Assembly (NCBI GenBank): GCA_963169645.1 | Contig: CAUJCO010000007.1 | Location: 13,803 to 77,802, forward strand | Reading direction: 5' to 3' | Length of the DNA stretch: 64,000 nt | From: Bacteroidota bacterium | GTDB lineage: Bacteria; Bacteroidota; Bacteroidia; Chitinophagales; JADIYW01 | Shown here: positions 17,219 through 26,687 of the stretch, one piece after another | Layout of the letters: each line of letters begins with the position of its first letter | Numbering within the stretch: position 1 is the stretch's first letter | Position numbers and translations under genes: made by a program | Notes under the pieces: model-generated | What the model saw: the letters and a program-made list of their open reading frames with translations, nothing else | Databases searched by the model: none | What the model was told of the DNA's origin: nothing

Positions 17219-19066
17219 ATGAAGCATTTTGTACTTTTATTTTTACTTTCTCTCTTACATTTCCAATCTACCTTTGCCGACGAACCAATTGACATTACAG
17301 AACGTTCCATGGTAGATACTTCTTTAGTTCCATTTTACCACGGTATTGCATCCGGCGACCCAACACCTAATTCTGTAATAATATGGACGCGCGTAACACC
17401 GGAAACACCCGGAACAATTAGCGGAACATGGCGTGTTGCATTAGATACAAACTTTACCAATATCGTACAATCGGGCATATTTACGGCTGACAGCACCAGA
17501 GATTATTGCGTAAAAATTGATGTAACCGGATTACAACCAAACACTTGGTATTTTTATGAATTTACAGCATTAGATAGAAATTCATTAACCGGAAGAACTA
17601 AAACTGCACCCGTTGGTGGCTCTGACCAATTGCGGTTTGCATTTGTTTCTTGTTCTAATTATCCAAATGGATATTTCAATGTATATAACAGAATTAGAGA
17701 ACGGAATGACATCGATGCGGTATTACATTTAGGTGATTACATTTATGAATATGCCGGTGTGCCTGCAACACGAACCGGACAATTACCAACACATGAAATT
17801 ATTAAATTAGCAGATTACAGACAGCGATATTCTTCGTACAGATTAGATCCTGCTTTGATGAAATTACATCAACAATTTCCATTTATTACAGTTTGGGACG
17901 ACCACGAAACAGCCAATAACTCCTATACTAATGGAGCAGATAACCATACACCGGGAACAGAAGGTTTATGGTCTGCACGTAAAAGTGCAGGTCAACAAGC
18001 CAATGATGAATGGCTCTTAACAAGATTACCGGAAGCCGGAAATCCAAATAGAATTTGGCGAAAAATTAGTTACGGAAATTTAGCGGATCTTTTCATGTTA
18101 GACACACGTTTATATGATAGAAGTTTGCAAGGTGGCAACACAAACGACTCTACTAGACACATCATTGGAAATGAACAATTACAATGGCTGAAAACCGAAA
18201 TGGCGAACTCAACAGCTAAATGGAAGATTCTTGGACAACAAGTTATGATGGGAAACTTAAACCCATTTGGACTAATGCTAAACGACGACCAATGGGATGG
18301 ATACAGCGTAGAGAGAAAAAAATTATATGATTTTATCTTAAACAGCAATATCAAAAATGTTATTGTATTAACCGGTGATATACATACAGCATGGGCAATG
18401 GATTTACCCTATAATCAAGCTACCTACAATCCGTCCACAGGTGCTGGTTCTGTTGGTGTTGAGTTTGTATGCACGAGTGTTACTTCCAGCTCCTCTCCAA
18501 TTCCTTTGGATCCATTGTATCCTATCGTTTCTGCAGTGTTACCACACATCAAATATGTAGATTTATATAAAAAAGGATATGGAATATTGGATTTAAAAGA
18601 AACAACAGCACAAGGAGATTTTTACTCTGTACCAACCATCACTCAATTAAATCCAAATCAAGCGTATGAAACGGGATATTACACCGTAGAAAATACAAGA
18701 TGGTTGAAAAAAGCATCTGCCAAAACACAGCAATTAGCACCTTTATTTTATCAAGCTCCGGAAACACCAAGAGAAGAATTAACCACAGCTATCAAGAATA
18801 AAAAGACGGATATTATTTTATTAAGTGCCTATCCGAATCCATTTATTGACCAAATTACAGTTCAATTTAATTTAGCTACAACAGCCCCGTTTGAATTAAG
18901 TGTATATGACATGAGCGGAAAATTAGTAAAACAAGAAAACTTGGGGCAACTTGTAAAAGGATTGCATAATAAAACCATTAAATTAGATAACTTAGCAAAT
19001 GGAATTTATAAATTAGTGCTAAGCAATGCACAAAGTTTAATTGAACGAACCATAGAAAAATTTTAA
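17219..19066 (+). CDS. phoD: PhoD-like alkaline phosphatase/phosphodiesterase with T9SS C-terminal sorting domain
   Basis: The ATG at 17219 gives the signal peptide MKHFVLLFLLSLLHFQSTFA. Metallophosphatase motifs HLGDYIYEY, VWDDHE and GDIHTAW are present. The last roughly 80 aa (YPNPF...GIYKLVL...) look like a type-A T9SS CTD. The ORF-track start 17078 overlaps the upstream gene. Confidence 0.85.
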   Translation: MKHFVLLFLLSLLHFQSTFADEPIDITERSMVDTSLVPFYHGIASGDPTPNSVIIWTRVTPETPGTISGTWRVALDTNFTNIVQSGIFTADSTRDYCVKIDVTGLQPNTWYFYEFTALDRNSLTGRTKTAPVGGSDQLRFAFVSCSNYPNGYFNVYNRIRERNDIDAVLHLGDYIYEYAGVPATRTGQLPTHEIIKLADYRQRYSSYRLDPALMKLHQQFPFITVWDDHETANNSYTNGADNHTPGTEGLWSARKSAGQQANDEWLLTRLPEAGNPNRIWRKISYGNLADLFMLDTRLYDRSLQGGNTNDSTRHIIGNEQLQWLKTEMANSTAKWKILGQQVMMGNLNPFGLMLNDDQWDGYSVERKKLYDFILNSNIKNVIVLTGDIHTAWAMDLPYNQATYNPSTGAGSVGVEFVCTSVTSSSSPIPLDPLYPIVSAVLPHIKYVDLYKKGYGILDLKETTAQGDFYSVPTITQLNPNQAYETGYYTVENTRWLKKASAKTQQLAPLFYQAPETPREELTTAIKNKKTDIILLSAYPNPFIDQITVQFNLATTAPFELSVYDMSGKLVKQENLGQLVKGLHNKTIKLDNLANGIYKLVLSNAQSLIERTIEKF

Positions 19067-19068
19067 CC

Positions 19069-19929
19069 ATGGCAACGAGAAAAGCAACTCCAAAATCGGC
19101 TGTAAAAAATACAGGAACGCGTACAACAACTGCTAAAAAAGTAACGCCAACCAAAGCTGTTGTTACTAAAAAAGTTGTTCCTCAAACAAAAGTTGTACAA
19201 AAAAAGCCTATCGTAAAAAAAACAACTACAACAGTTGCTACTAAAAAAATTACACCATCCATTACAAGCAAAACATCCAATACAATTGTAAAAAAACAGG
19301 AACCACGATTAGTTACTCCAAAAAATGAAACGGTAAATAATGCCATTTTTCCTATTGGAAAATATAAGAAACCGGAAGATTTTTCGGATGAATCTATCCA
19401 ACGTTTAATTAAAGAATTACACCAAATTCCCAAACAATTAAAAAAACTAAGCAAACAAATTAAGTATAAAGATCAGCTTCAACTTTCTTATCGCGATGGT
19501 GGTTGGTCAATAGAACAAATTATCCATCACTTGGCAGACAGCCACATGAATGCGTTCGTACGCACCAAATTAGCATTAACTGAAAACAATCCGACAATTA
19601 AGCCGTACAACCAAGATTTGTGGGCAGAAACAGCCGATATCCAATTACCAATTAAAACGTCCATTTATATGTTGAAAGCTATTCATAAAAAATGGAATAC
19701 GCTTTGGAAGAATATGGATAAAAATGATTTTGAACGAACCAACACACATCCGGAATACAATACAACTACGCCATTAAAAGATGTATTAGCTCAATATACT
19801 TGGCATGGAAAACATCACTTAGCACAAATTGAAGTCGCCCTAAAATCCGATACAACCATACGCGAGGTTAAGAAAGAAAAAGTAAAAAAAGAGAAAATAA
19901 AAAAAAATGATGCTGAAAAAGAAAATTGA
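19069..19929 (+). CDS. DinB/YfiT family metal-dependent hydrolase with Lys/Thr-rich N-terminal extension
   Basis: The C-terminal part of about 170 aa has the YfiT pattern (FPIGKY..., IIHHLADSHMNAF, WHGKHHLAQI). The only in-frame ATG (19069, 2 nt after the phoD stop) adds about 90 aa of K/T/V-rich low complexity. There is also a KE-rich C-terminal tail. Confidence 0.7.
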   Translation: MATRKATPKSAVKNTGTRTTTAKKVTPTKAVVTKKVVPQTKVVQKKPIVKKTTTTVATKKITPSITSKTSNTIVKKQEPRLVTPKNETVNNAIFPIGKYKKPEDFSDESIQRLIKELHQIPKQLKKLSKQIKYKDQLQLSYRDGGWSIEQIIHHLADSHMNAFVRTKLALTENNPTIKPYNQDLWAETADIQLPIKTSIYMLKAIHKKWNTLWKNMDKNDFERTNTHPEYNTTTPLKDVLAQYTWHGKHHLAQIEVALKSDTTIREVKKEKVKKEKIKKNDAEKEN

Positions 19930-19944
19930 TGCTTGATTCCTTTT

Positions 19945-20973
19945 TTACGGTACACGAACGTAGCTTCCGGTAATGCTACCATAGCCACCCCAAACTCCTT
20001 TGCCTCCTACGATATTGGATTTCACCAATACAAACGAACCAAACGGATTTCCTTGACTCGATCTGTTGGCTTCTAACGTACGCCAAAAATCATAATGCGG
20101 TTTATCAATTTGGCAAAGTTTAATAGTGCAAACGGAATCAGCAATATCCCAATATCCATCGGTATTAAAATCAAATTCCGAAGAATTAGAACCTATTGGT
20201 TTTCCTTTTGGAATAAATATTTGAAAGGCTTTTCCATTAAAAAAATTATCATCAAAAACAGATTGCGTACTCACTAAGAAGGGTTCATTATCTGCCTTCG
20301 TAAAATATCTGTAATAATTTCCCATTGTAGGCGGATCTTGTAACCAACCATATACTTGAAAAAAGGAATCGGCATAAGCTGCATTTGGATGTGGCAACAA
20401 CCATAAAGAATCAAAAAAAACAGGTGCCGGAATCGTAGTACTCGAAGTCAATACTTGATTATTTACTTCAATTCGTAAATCATATTTTTTACCAATTACG
20501 CCTACATAATTTGTATTGGTAAGCGGTACCGTGTAAATACTTACGTCCGGAAATGCAGCTGCACTATCGATACTAATTCCAAATTGAGCAGCAATTGCGA
20601 TAGCAATAGAATCAGGCAGCGATTGTAAAATACTGGAATTATATTCCACTAACTCTACAGAATCGGAATCAGTGGAAACCACAATTCTTGCATTGTGTAC
20701 AAAGAAATTAGATAGATTATTGATGTTAATATTATCGTATAAAGAAATACTTTTGGTTAGTATCACATACGGTGGCAAGTCATTTTCGATATGACCTTCT
20801 ACGATTATTTCATTCGGGTTCGATTTTACATTGAGTTTAATTTCTTTTTCACAAGCCGTAAAAAATAAAATGCAAAATAAAGTACCCAACAACAAAAACA
20901 TACCGGAATAGAATGTTCGATTTCGTTTTATAATGGATAAGCTATTGGTTGATATGTAAGAATGTACGCTCAA
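19945..20973 (-). CDS. DUF4249-like lipoprotein (receptor partner)
   Basis: Lipobox ...CILFFTAC. EIIVEGHIENDLPPYVILTKS resembles the DUF4249 N-terminus (from memory). The start is either TTG at 20973 (12 nt after the receptor stop, gives a KRNR n-region) or ATG at 20901. Confidence 0.65.
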   Translation of the reverse strand: MSVHSYISTNSLSIIKRNRTFYSGMFLLLGTLFCILFFTACEKEIKLNVKSNPNEIIVEGHIENDLPPYVILTKSISLYDNININNLSNFFVHNARIVVSTDSDSVELVEYNSSILQSLPDSIAIAIAAQFGISIDSAAAFPDVSIYTVPLTNTNYVGVIGKKYDLRIEVNNQVLTSSTTIPAPVFFDSLWLLPHPNAAYADSFFQVYGWLQDPPTMGNYYRYFTKADNEPFLVSTQSVFDDNFFNGKAFQIFIPKGKPIGSNSSEFDFNTDGYWDIADSVCTIKLCQIDKPHYDFWRTLEANRSSQGNPFGSFVLVKSNIVGGKGVWGGYGSITGSYVRVP

Positions 20974-20985
20974 AATAAATCAAAT

Positions 20986-23379
20986 TTAAAATTTAAAATT
21001 CCATGTAAACGATGGTATTACCGGAAATAAAGAAACGTTTATGGGTGTTTGTTTTAAATCACCTGTCAACGTGCTACCTTCAATCTTATTATAAATAAAA
21101 TAGGTGTTTTTGCGATTATAAACATTGTAAATGGCAATATTGTAACTGGATTTCCAACGACGATTTGGTCTGCGTTTAGGAATTGGTGTATAGGTTAATG
21201 CCAAATCCATTCGGTGATACGAAGGAACGCGATACGAGTTTCTTTCTGCATAGCCAATCATCGGATTAAATTCAATCATCGACAATGTATTTGCCGGTGT
21301 GATGGCATTTCCGGTTGCATAAACAAATGTAGCACCAACGCTCCATTCTTTATTAATATCATAGTTGATGTTGATGGATAAATCATGTGTTCTATCGTAT
21401 TTTGCCGGAAATACTTTTCCTTCATTCAAATCCGGAAATTTGCGATCGCTCCGCGATAAAGTATACCCAATCCAACCATTTAATTTTCCGGTTCTTTTCT
21501 TAATAAAAAACTCAGCACCATAGGCTTTTCCTTTTCCAAAAACATAGCCTAATTCTTGGTCAACATTCAACTCATTTACATAACTTTCACCATACTCTAT
21601 TTGATTCCATAAATGTTTAAAATACACTTCAATAGAAGCTTCAAACATATTGTCTTTAAAATTCCTAAAATAACCTACGGAATATTGCAATGCCATTTGT
21701 GGCTTAACGATAGCAGAACTTTGTACCCAAACATCTGTAGGTAAAGTGCTATTCGATGACGAAACCAAATGTATATATTGATAATTTAAAGCTACACCAG
21801 CTTTAATGGAATTGTTGTTTCCAAATGCATAACGCATTGCAAATCGTGGTTCCGGACCAACATACGTTTTAATCGGCTTACTGCGTTTATAATAAACGGT
21901 ATCATATCCGATAATATTATCACCGGAAACTTGCTGAAATGGCCCGATATGTTGGAATAAACTCAATCTAAATCCAAAATCAAATTTTAATTTATCATTT
22001 ACACTGTATTCATGTGCCGCATACCAAGCCAATTCATGCGAATAACGTTTATTAATTTTTGATTCAAAATCTGTATCACCGCTTTTGGCACTTGCTTGTG
22101 TTGGTGTCATTCGGTGATGTGTGTACATCATCCCAAATTTTAATTTGTGTTTGTTATTTAGATAATAATCTAAATCTACTTTTACATTAAAATCTCGCAC
22201 ACCGGAAAATGCATTAAAAGAAAAATCGGTTTGTCTTCCACTAAAACTAAAATTGTAATCGTTGAAAACAAAAGACGTATTCATAAACAATTTATCGTTG
22301 AATAAATGATTATACCGAATTGTTGCGGTGGCATTGCCCCAAGGAATTTTCACATTCGTTTGGTTTTTGGTGGAATTATATACAAATACATCTCTACCAA
22401 AATATGCACTCACATACAACCTATCTTTATCGGAAAATTGATAGTTCGCTTTTAAATTGATGTCATAAAAAAAATAGTTCGTGCCGGCAAAATCTGTTTT
22501 TTTCAATAAGGGTTGAGCAATATCGAACAGATATGTTCTTCTTCCGGAAAATAAGAATGCACCTTTGGCTGTTTTGGTAGATTTTGGTTTTTTAAATGGA
22601 GCCATTATGGTTAATCTTGATGAGATAATGCCAATACCGCCTTCCATTTCAAAACGTTTATTATTACCTTCTTTCATTTGTATATCAATCACAGACGACA
22701 AACGACCACCGTAATTTGCCGGCATGGCACCTTTATATAAAGTCGTATTTTTTACCGCATCGGCATTAAAAACTGAAAAAAAACCAAATAGATGTCCGGT
22801 GTTATACACAATGGCATCATCTAATAAAACTAAATTTTGATCCGGTCCGCCACCACGAACATAAATGCCGGAATTTCCTTCGCCGGCTGCTTGCACACCC
22901 GGCATCAGTTGTATAGCTTTAATAATATCTACTTCACCCATAAATGCCGGAATCGATTTGATACGATCGGTAGATAATTCTTCTTTTCCCATTACGGTGT
23001 TTTTCACATTTTCATCTTTGCGTTCGCTGGTAATGACTACTTCTTCCAGAGCTTTGGAATCGTCTGATAATTCTAAATTGATACGAATATCTTTATCTAA
23101 GTTGATTTCTTTTGCCTGAGTATGATAACCAATATAGGAAAATTCTATCTGATGGATGCCTTTTGGTAACGACAAAGAATAAAATCCGTATAAATTGGTA
23201 GTAGCACCTAACGATGTATTGCCTTGTACATACACGTTAGCACCAATCAATGCTTCTCCATTTTTAGCATCTTTTAAAAACCCACTTATGGTAAATGTTT
23301 CTTGTTGTGCGAACACCTGAACAAACGAAATCATACTACAAAGCAGCATCCAAACACGCACATTATATAGAATTTTCAT
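20986..23379 (-). CDS. TonB-dependent receptor with N-terminal carboxypeptidase-regulatory-like domain
   Basis: Signal peptide MKILYNVRVWMLLCSMISFVQVFAQ (alternative ATG at 23397). It has the CarboxypepD_reg-like segment FTISGFLKDAKNGEALIGANVYV..YGFYSL, a plug (IKSIPAFMGEVDIIKAIQLMPGV) and a barrel ending in ...FTWNFKF. Confidence 0.85.
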   Translation of the reverse strand: MKILYNVRVWMLLCSMISFVQVFAQQETFTISGFLKDAKNGEALIGANVYVQGNTSLGATTNLYGFYSLSLPKGIHQIEFSYIGYHTQAKEINLDKDIRINLELSDDSKALEEVVITSERKDENVKNTVMGKEELSTDRIKSIPAFMGEVDIIKAIQLMPGVQAAGEGNSGIYVRGGGPDQNLVLLDDAIVYNTGHLFGFFSVFNADAVKNTTLYKGAMPANYGGRLSSVIDIQMKEGNNKRFEMEGGIGIISSRLTIMAPFKKPKSTKTAKGAFLFSGRRTYLFDIAQPLLKKTDFAGTNYFFYDINLKANYQFSDKDRLYVSAYFGRDVFVYNSTKNQTNVKIPWGNATATIRYNHLFNDKLFMNTSFVFNDYNFSFSGRQTDFSFNAFSGVRDFNVKVDLDYYLNNKHKLKFGMMYTHHRMTPTQASAKSGDTDFESKINKRYSHELAWYAAHEYSVNDKLKFDFGFRLSLFQHIGPFQQVSGDNIIGYDTVYYKRSKPIKTYVGPEPRFAMRYAFGNNNSIKAGVALNYQYIHLVSSSNSTLPTDVWVQSSAIVKPQMALQYSVGYFRNFKDNMFEASIEVYFKHLWNQIEYGESYVNELNVDQELGYVFGKGKAYGAEFFIKKRTGKLNGWIGYTLSRSDRKFPDLNEGKVFPAKYDRTHDLSININYDINKEWSVGATFVYATGNAITPANTLSMIEFNPMIGYAERNSYRVPSYHRMDLALTYTPIPKRRPNRRWKSSYNIAIYNVYNRKNTYFIYNKIEGSTLTGDLKQTPINVSLFPVIPSFTWNFKF

Positions 23380-23415
23380 TGGTTTAAAAATACACATTGG
23401 AAGGCAGTCAACAAA

Positions 23416-25053
23416 CTAATCTTTCATTATTTTTTTTACGACATTGCCGTTGTCTGTTTCCACTTTAATAAAATAAATTCCTGATGGAAGATGGCTTATA
23501 TCCAATTCATTCGTCGAATGGGCATTAAACGACAAGAGCATTTTACCGGAATAATCATAAAATTGAATTTGATTAATGGTAGATAATCCCATATTTTTTA
23601 TTGAAAACGAGTGTTGTATTGGATTGGGAAAAACAAGAAAATCATCTTCTAAAAAATTATTTTTTATAGCCGTTGTTGTTGCTAATAATTGATACGCTTT
23701 TTTGAAATCCGGAATACCATAACCGATACGTTTATCCGGTGAAAGATATTGAGATGCACTTTGCTCAATAGCTGTTTTTATTTCCCAATTGGTTTTAGAT
23801 GGAAATGCTTGCCATAAGCAGGCCGCCAACCCGGCAATTTGTGGAGTTGCATACGAAGTACCGCCTCCGGTAGAAATTGTTCCGTTTGTTTTTATATATT
23901 TTGCATTAACGCCAACAGCCGCAATATTGGGTTTCACACGCGTATCGGTTGCCAAACCATAACCGCTGGACGCTGCGACATTTCCACTTAAATCTACTGA
24001 AGCGATACAAAATGCACTGTCTGCATCAGATGGTGTAGAAATATATTTCCACGGTTTTGCTCCTTCATTTCCTGCTGCTACACAAACCAACATTCCTTTG
24101 GAAGATGCAATATTTACCGCCTTTGCAGCTGGTGTAGAGTTGAGTTTCATATCTAACGTATCGTGACTTTCAGAAGCTACATCAAACTGTGTATAACCTA
24201 AAGAAATACTTACCACATCGACGCCAATTTGAACACATCGTTCCAAGGCTGTTGCCAAATTAAATTCTTCTTGTAAACGCTCGCTGCTATTATTTTCGGT
24301 ATGAAATAAATAGAAATTAGATTTGGTGGCAGTGCCAATGTATTGGCTATCTATTTTTCCGGCAATGAATGACAAACAATTAGAACCATGACTCGTAAAA
24401 TTGGGTGCACCGCCGGACTCGTCATACACTAAGGAATCGTTGTGAACATAATCAAACGTACCTAACATTCTATCTTCTTCAAAAATATGGTGAAATGCTG
24501 CATTGGAATCTACATTATAAAAACCATTATCACAAACGGCAATGGTCATATTTTCACCATTAAATCCTTGTTCGTGTAAATATTCTCCATTAAGCAAATG
24601 TGTTTGCGGAAAAGAAGAAAGAAAATGGTCTTCAAATGTTTGAGATTCCGTATTTTCTTTATTGGCTTCTGTGCCGTTGCGAACTATCTCATTTTTTTGT
24701 TTTATGTTTTCAACTTTTTGATAAGAAGCAATAAAATGGAATTGTTGTAATTGATGCTCATCTGCCCAAACCAAAGCCGCATTCAACCAATTAGATTGTT
24801 TAATAATTTGTATAGATGCTTGCTCTAATTGTTGTTTGTATGCTACGCTAATTGGATAATCGCGTTCATCGAACGGAATATTAAATTGAATTCTTTTTAA
24901 GATAGCTTTTTCTGAAAATGCCGGCTGAACTATTTCAGTGGTTGGTTTATCTTTAAAATAGACAATAAACTTTTGTTGTTTGCTTTTAGCAAACAGACAA
25001 GAAGAAAGTAGAAGAAATGATAAAAATGTAATACTATTCTTTACCATATTCAA
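23416..25053 (-). CDS. S8 (subtilisin) family serine peptidase with T9SS C-terminal sorting domain
   Basis: Signal peptide, an I9-like propeptide, the triad contexts IAVCDNGF / SHGSNCLSF / GGGTSYATPQIAG, and a C-terminal FPNPIQ...GIYFIKVETDNG... type-A CTD. Confidence 0.9.
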   Translation of the reverse strand: MNMVKNSITFLSFLLLSSCLFAKSKQQKFIVYFKDKPTTEIVQPAFSEKAILKRIQFNIPFDERDYPISVAYKQQLEQASIQIIKQSNWLNAALVWADEHQLQQFHFIASYQKVENIKQKNEIVRNGTEANKENTESQTFEDHFLSSFPQTHLLNGEYLHEQGFNGENMTIAVCDNGFYNVDSNAAFHHIFEEDRMLGTFDYVHNDSLVYDESGGAPNFTSHGSNCLSFIAGKIDSQYIGTATKSNFYLFHTENNSSERLQEEFNLATALERCVQIGVDVVSISLGYTQFDVASESHDTLDMKLNSTPAAKAVNIASSKGMLVCVAAGNEGAKPWKYISTPSDADSAFCIASVDLSGNVAASSGYGLATDTRVKPNIAAVGVNAKYIKTNGTISTGGGTSYATPQIAGLAACLWQAFPSKTNWEIKTAIEQSASQYLSPDKRIGYGIPDFKKAYQLLATTTAIKNNFLEDDFLVFPNPIQHSFSIKNMGLSTINQIQFYDYSGKMLLSFNAHSTNELDISHLPSGIYFIKVETDNGNVVKKIMKD

Positions 25054-25855
25054 TTGCGTATTGTCTTAAAATAAATCCTTTTTCTGCACGGTCTTCCCAA
25101 GGTGAACCAATATTAATTTCTCCGGTTACAATCCAACATTCACTATAAATCAGCCCGACATTTCGTGCATACCGTTCCACAGAATATGTTTTAAAAATAG
25201 CAGTGGAATCTTGTATTTGCGAAATCAATAAAGTAGAGTCAAAAATATGATATCCGTTGTTATAATATTTATCTCTTTCTTTAATGGTATATTTCCAATC
25301 TGACAAATAGTAATTGGTAGAATCCAAGATATATGGTGGCGGAATCGTTATTAAGCGATTGCCCAACCATTTACTATTGATATCATTGGGAAATATCATT
25401 TTTACATATCTTAAATTATCATCTACACGTTCCACCATTGTTTTTGTTTTTACAATATAGGCTGCATTATACCAATCCCAATTGGTTGTTAATGTATCCG
25501 AATAATAACGATTTACACGCTTGGCTAACCTTCCTAAATTATCCAAAAACTGCTCTCCTATTTTCTCTTTCAAATAAACGGTAGAATATCTTCTGGAATA
25601 ATCAAAATCGTTATAAATAATGGAATCTACTTTATAAATCACATAGGTTCCGGAATCATACGGCAAATAATCATATCCCATATCATATTTGTTTACATCT
25701 GTTTCTTTTTTACAGGCTGTTATAGTCGAAAAAATGATGAAAATAAATCCAGTAACAAAAGCACATCGACGTAAAACCAAAAACAATGTATTATTCTCTT
25801 CCAAAACGAATTGCTTTTTGATACACAATGAAACCAAATTTGGCGTTATTCTCAT
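25034..25855 (-). CDS. orphan lipoprotein, paralog B of the adjacent gene
   Basis: Lipobox FSTITAC. It shares the blocks YVIYKVDS.IYNDFD, F.DNLGR.AK, N.RYVK.IFP and YSVERYARN.GL.Y with paralog A. The true start may be TTG at 25786 (5 nt after the paralog A stop, giving MFLVLRRCAFVTGFIFIIFSTITAC) rather than ATG at 25855. Confidence 0.6.
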   Translation of the reverse strand: MRITPNLVSLCIKKQFVLEENNTLFLVLRRCAFVTGFIFIIFSTITACKKETDVNKYDMGYDYLPYDSGTYVIYKVDSIIYNDFDYSRRYSTVYLKEKIGEQFLDNLGRLAKRVNRYYSDTLTTNWDWYNAAYIVKTKTMVERVDDNLRYVKMIFPNDINSKWLGNRLITIPPPYILDSTNYYLSDWKYTIKERDKYYNNGYHIFDSTLLISQIQDSTAIFKTYSVERYARNVGLIYSECWIVTGEINIGSPWEDRAEKGFILRQYAIEYGKE

Positions 25856-26549
25856 ACGTTTGGTTATTTATTAACTGCGCATCTAATCGCCATAATTCTT
25901 TATACACCAATCCAATATTTCGAGCATAGCGTTCTACGCTATAAACTTTTTGTACATTAGAAGAATCGGCAACTTGTAATACGGTAATAGTCGAATCTGA
26001 TAAAATACTTCCGTTGGAAAACGTGCCATTATTCTCTGTTAATTTATAATCCCAATTAAAGTTGGTAGTGGTGTATCGTAAATTTTGAAACGGAAATTGG
26101 TTGACTTCAAAATATTTATTTCCTTTCCATGCCACCTCAAACTGGAGTGGAAAAATCAACTTCACGTAGCGGATATTATCTTCCACTTGTTCTACATTGG
26201 TTTTATTTTTTACAAGATACCACACGTTCCAAAATTGCCAAGGTTGTGTTGTATCGGCTGATACATATCGTTCTAATTTTTTTGCGGTACGGCCTAAGTT
26301 ATCAGTAAATTGTTCGGTAACAATTTCTTTTACAAATTGAGAGGATGTTCGTTTTAAATTGTTCGGATCAAAATCGTTATAAATTACAGAATCTACTTTA
26401 TAAATAACATATTTTCCCGAATCATCCGGAAAATAATTATAGCCATAATCTGCCTGCACAATTTCAGTTTCTTTTTTACAGGCAAACAATGTTCCTATTA
26501 GAATTGAAAAAACAAAAAGTTGCTTAAATCCAGTCATCATTCCAAACAT
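25791..26549 (-). CDS. orphan lipoprotein, paralog A
   Basis: Lipobox IGTLFAC, 252 aa, first gene of the five-gene cluster. No family recognised. Confidence 0.65.
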   Translation of the reverse strand: MFGMMTGFKQLFVFSILIGTLFACKKETEIVQADYGYNYFPDDSGKYVIYKVDSVIYNDFDPNNLKRTSSQFVKEIVTEQFTDNLGRTAKKLERYVSADTTQPWQFWNVWYLVKNKTNVEQVEDNIRYVKLIFPLQFEVAWKGNKYFEVNQFPFQNLRYTTTNFNWDYKLTENNGTFSNGSILSDSTITVLQVADSSNVQKVYSVERYARNIGLVYKELWRLDAQLINNQTYENNAKFGFIVYQKAIRFGRE

Positions 26550-26687
26550 AAATATACAACAAAGATGTGTTTTTTGTACAATTAGTTGGTTTCAATGTAA
26601 ACATTTATTGGGCTTTTAGATGTACATCAAAAATTACAACTGTTAAATCTAAATGTATTATCGTATATTAGATGCAAATTATAAACT

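Noticed and set aside
26619-26628. Perfect 10-bp palindrome GATGTACATC (plus nearby ATGTAAACAT and TGTACA) upstream of the five-gene cluster, considered as an operator
   Set aside because: Ten-bp palindromes are expected dozens of times by chance in 64 kb of AT-rich DNA. There is no second copy with matching spacing, so it is not reportable without comparative data.
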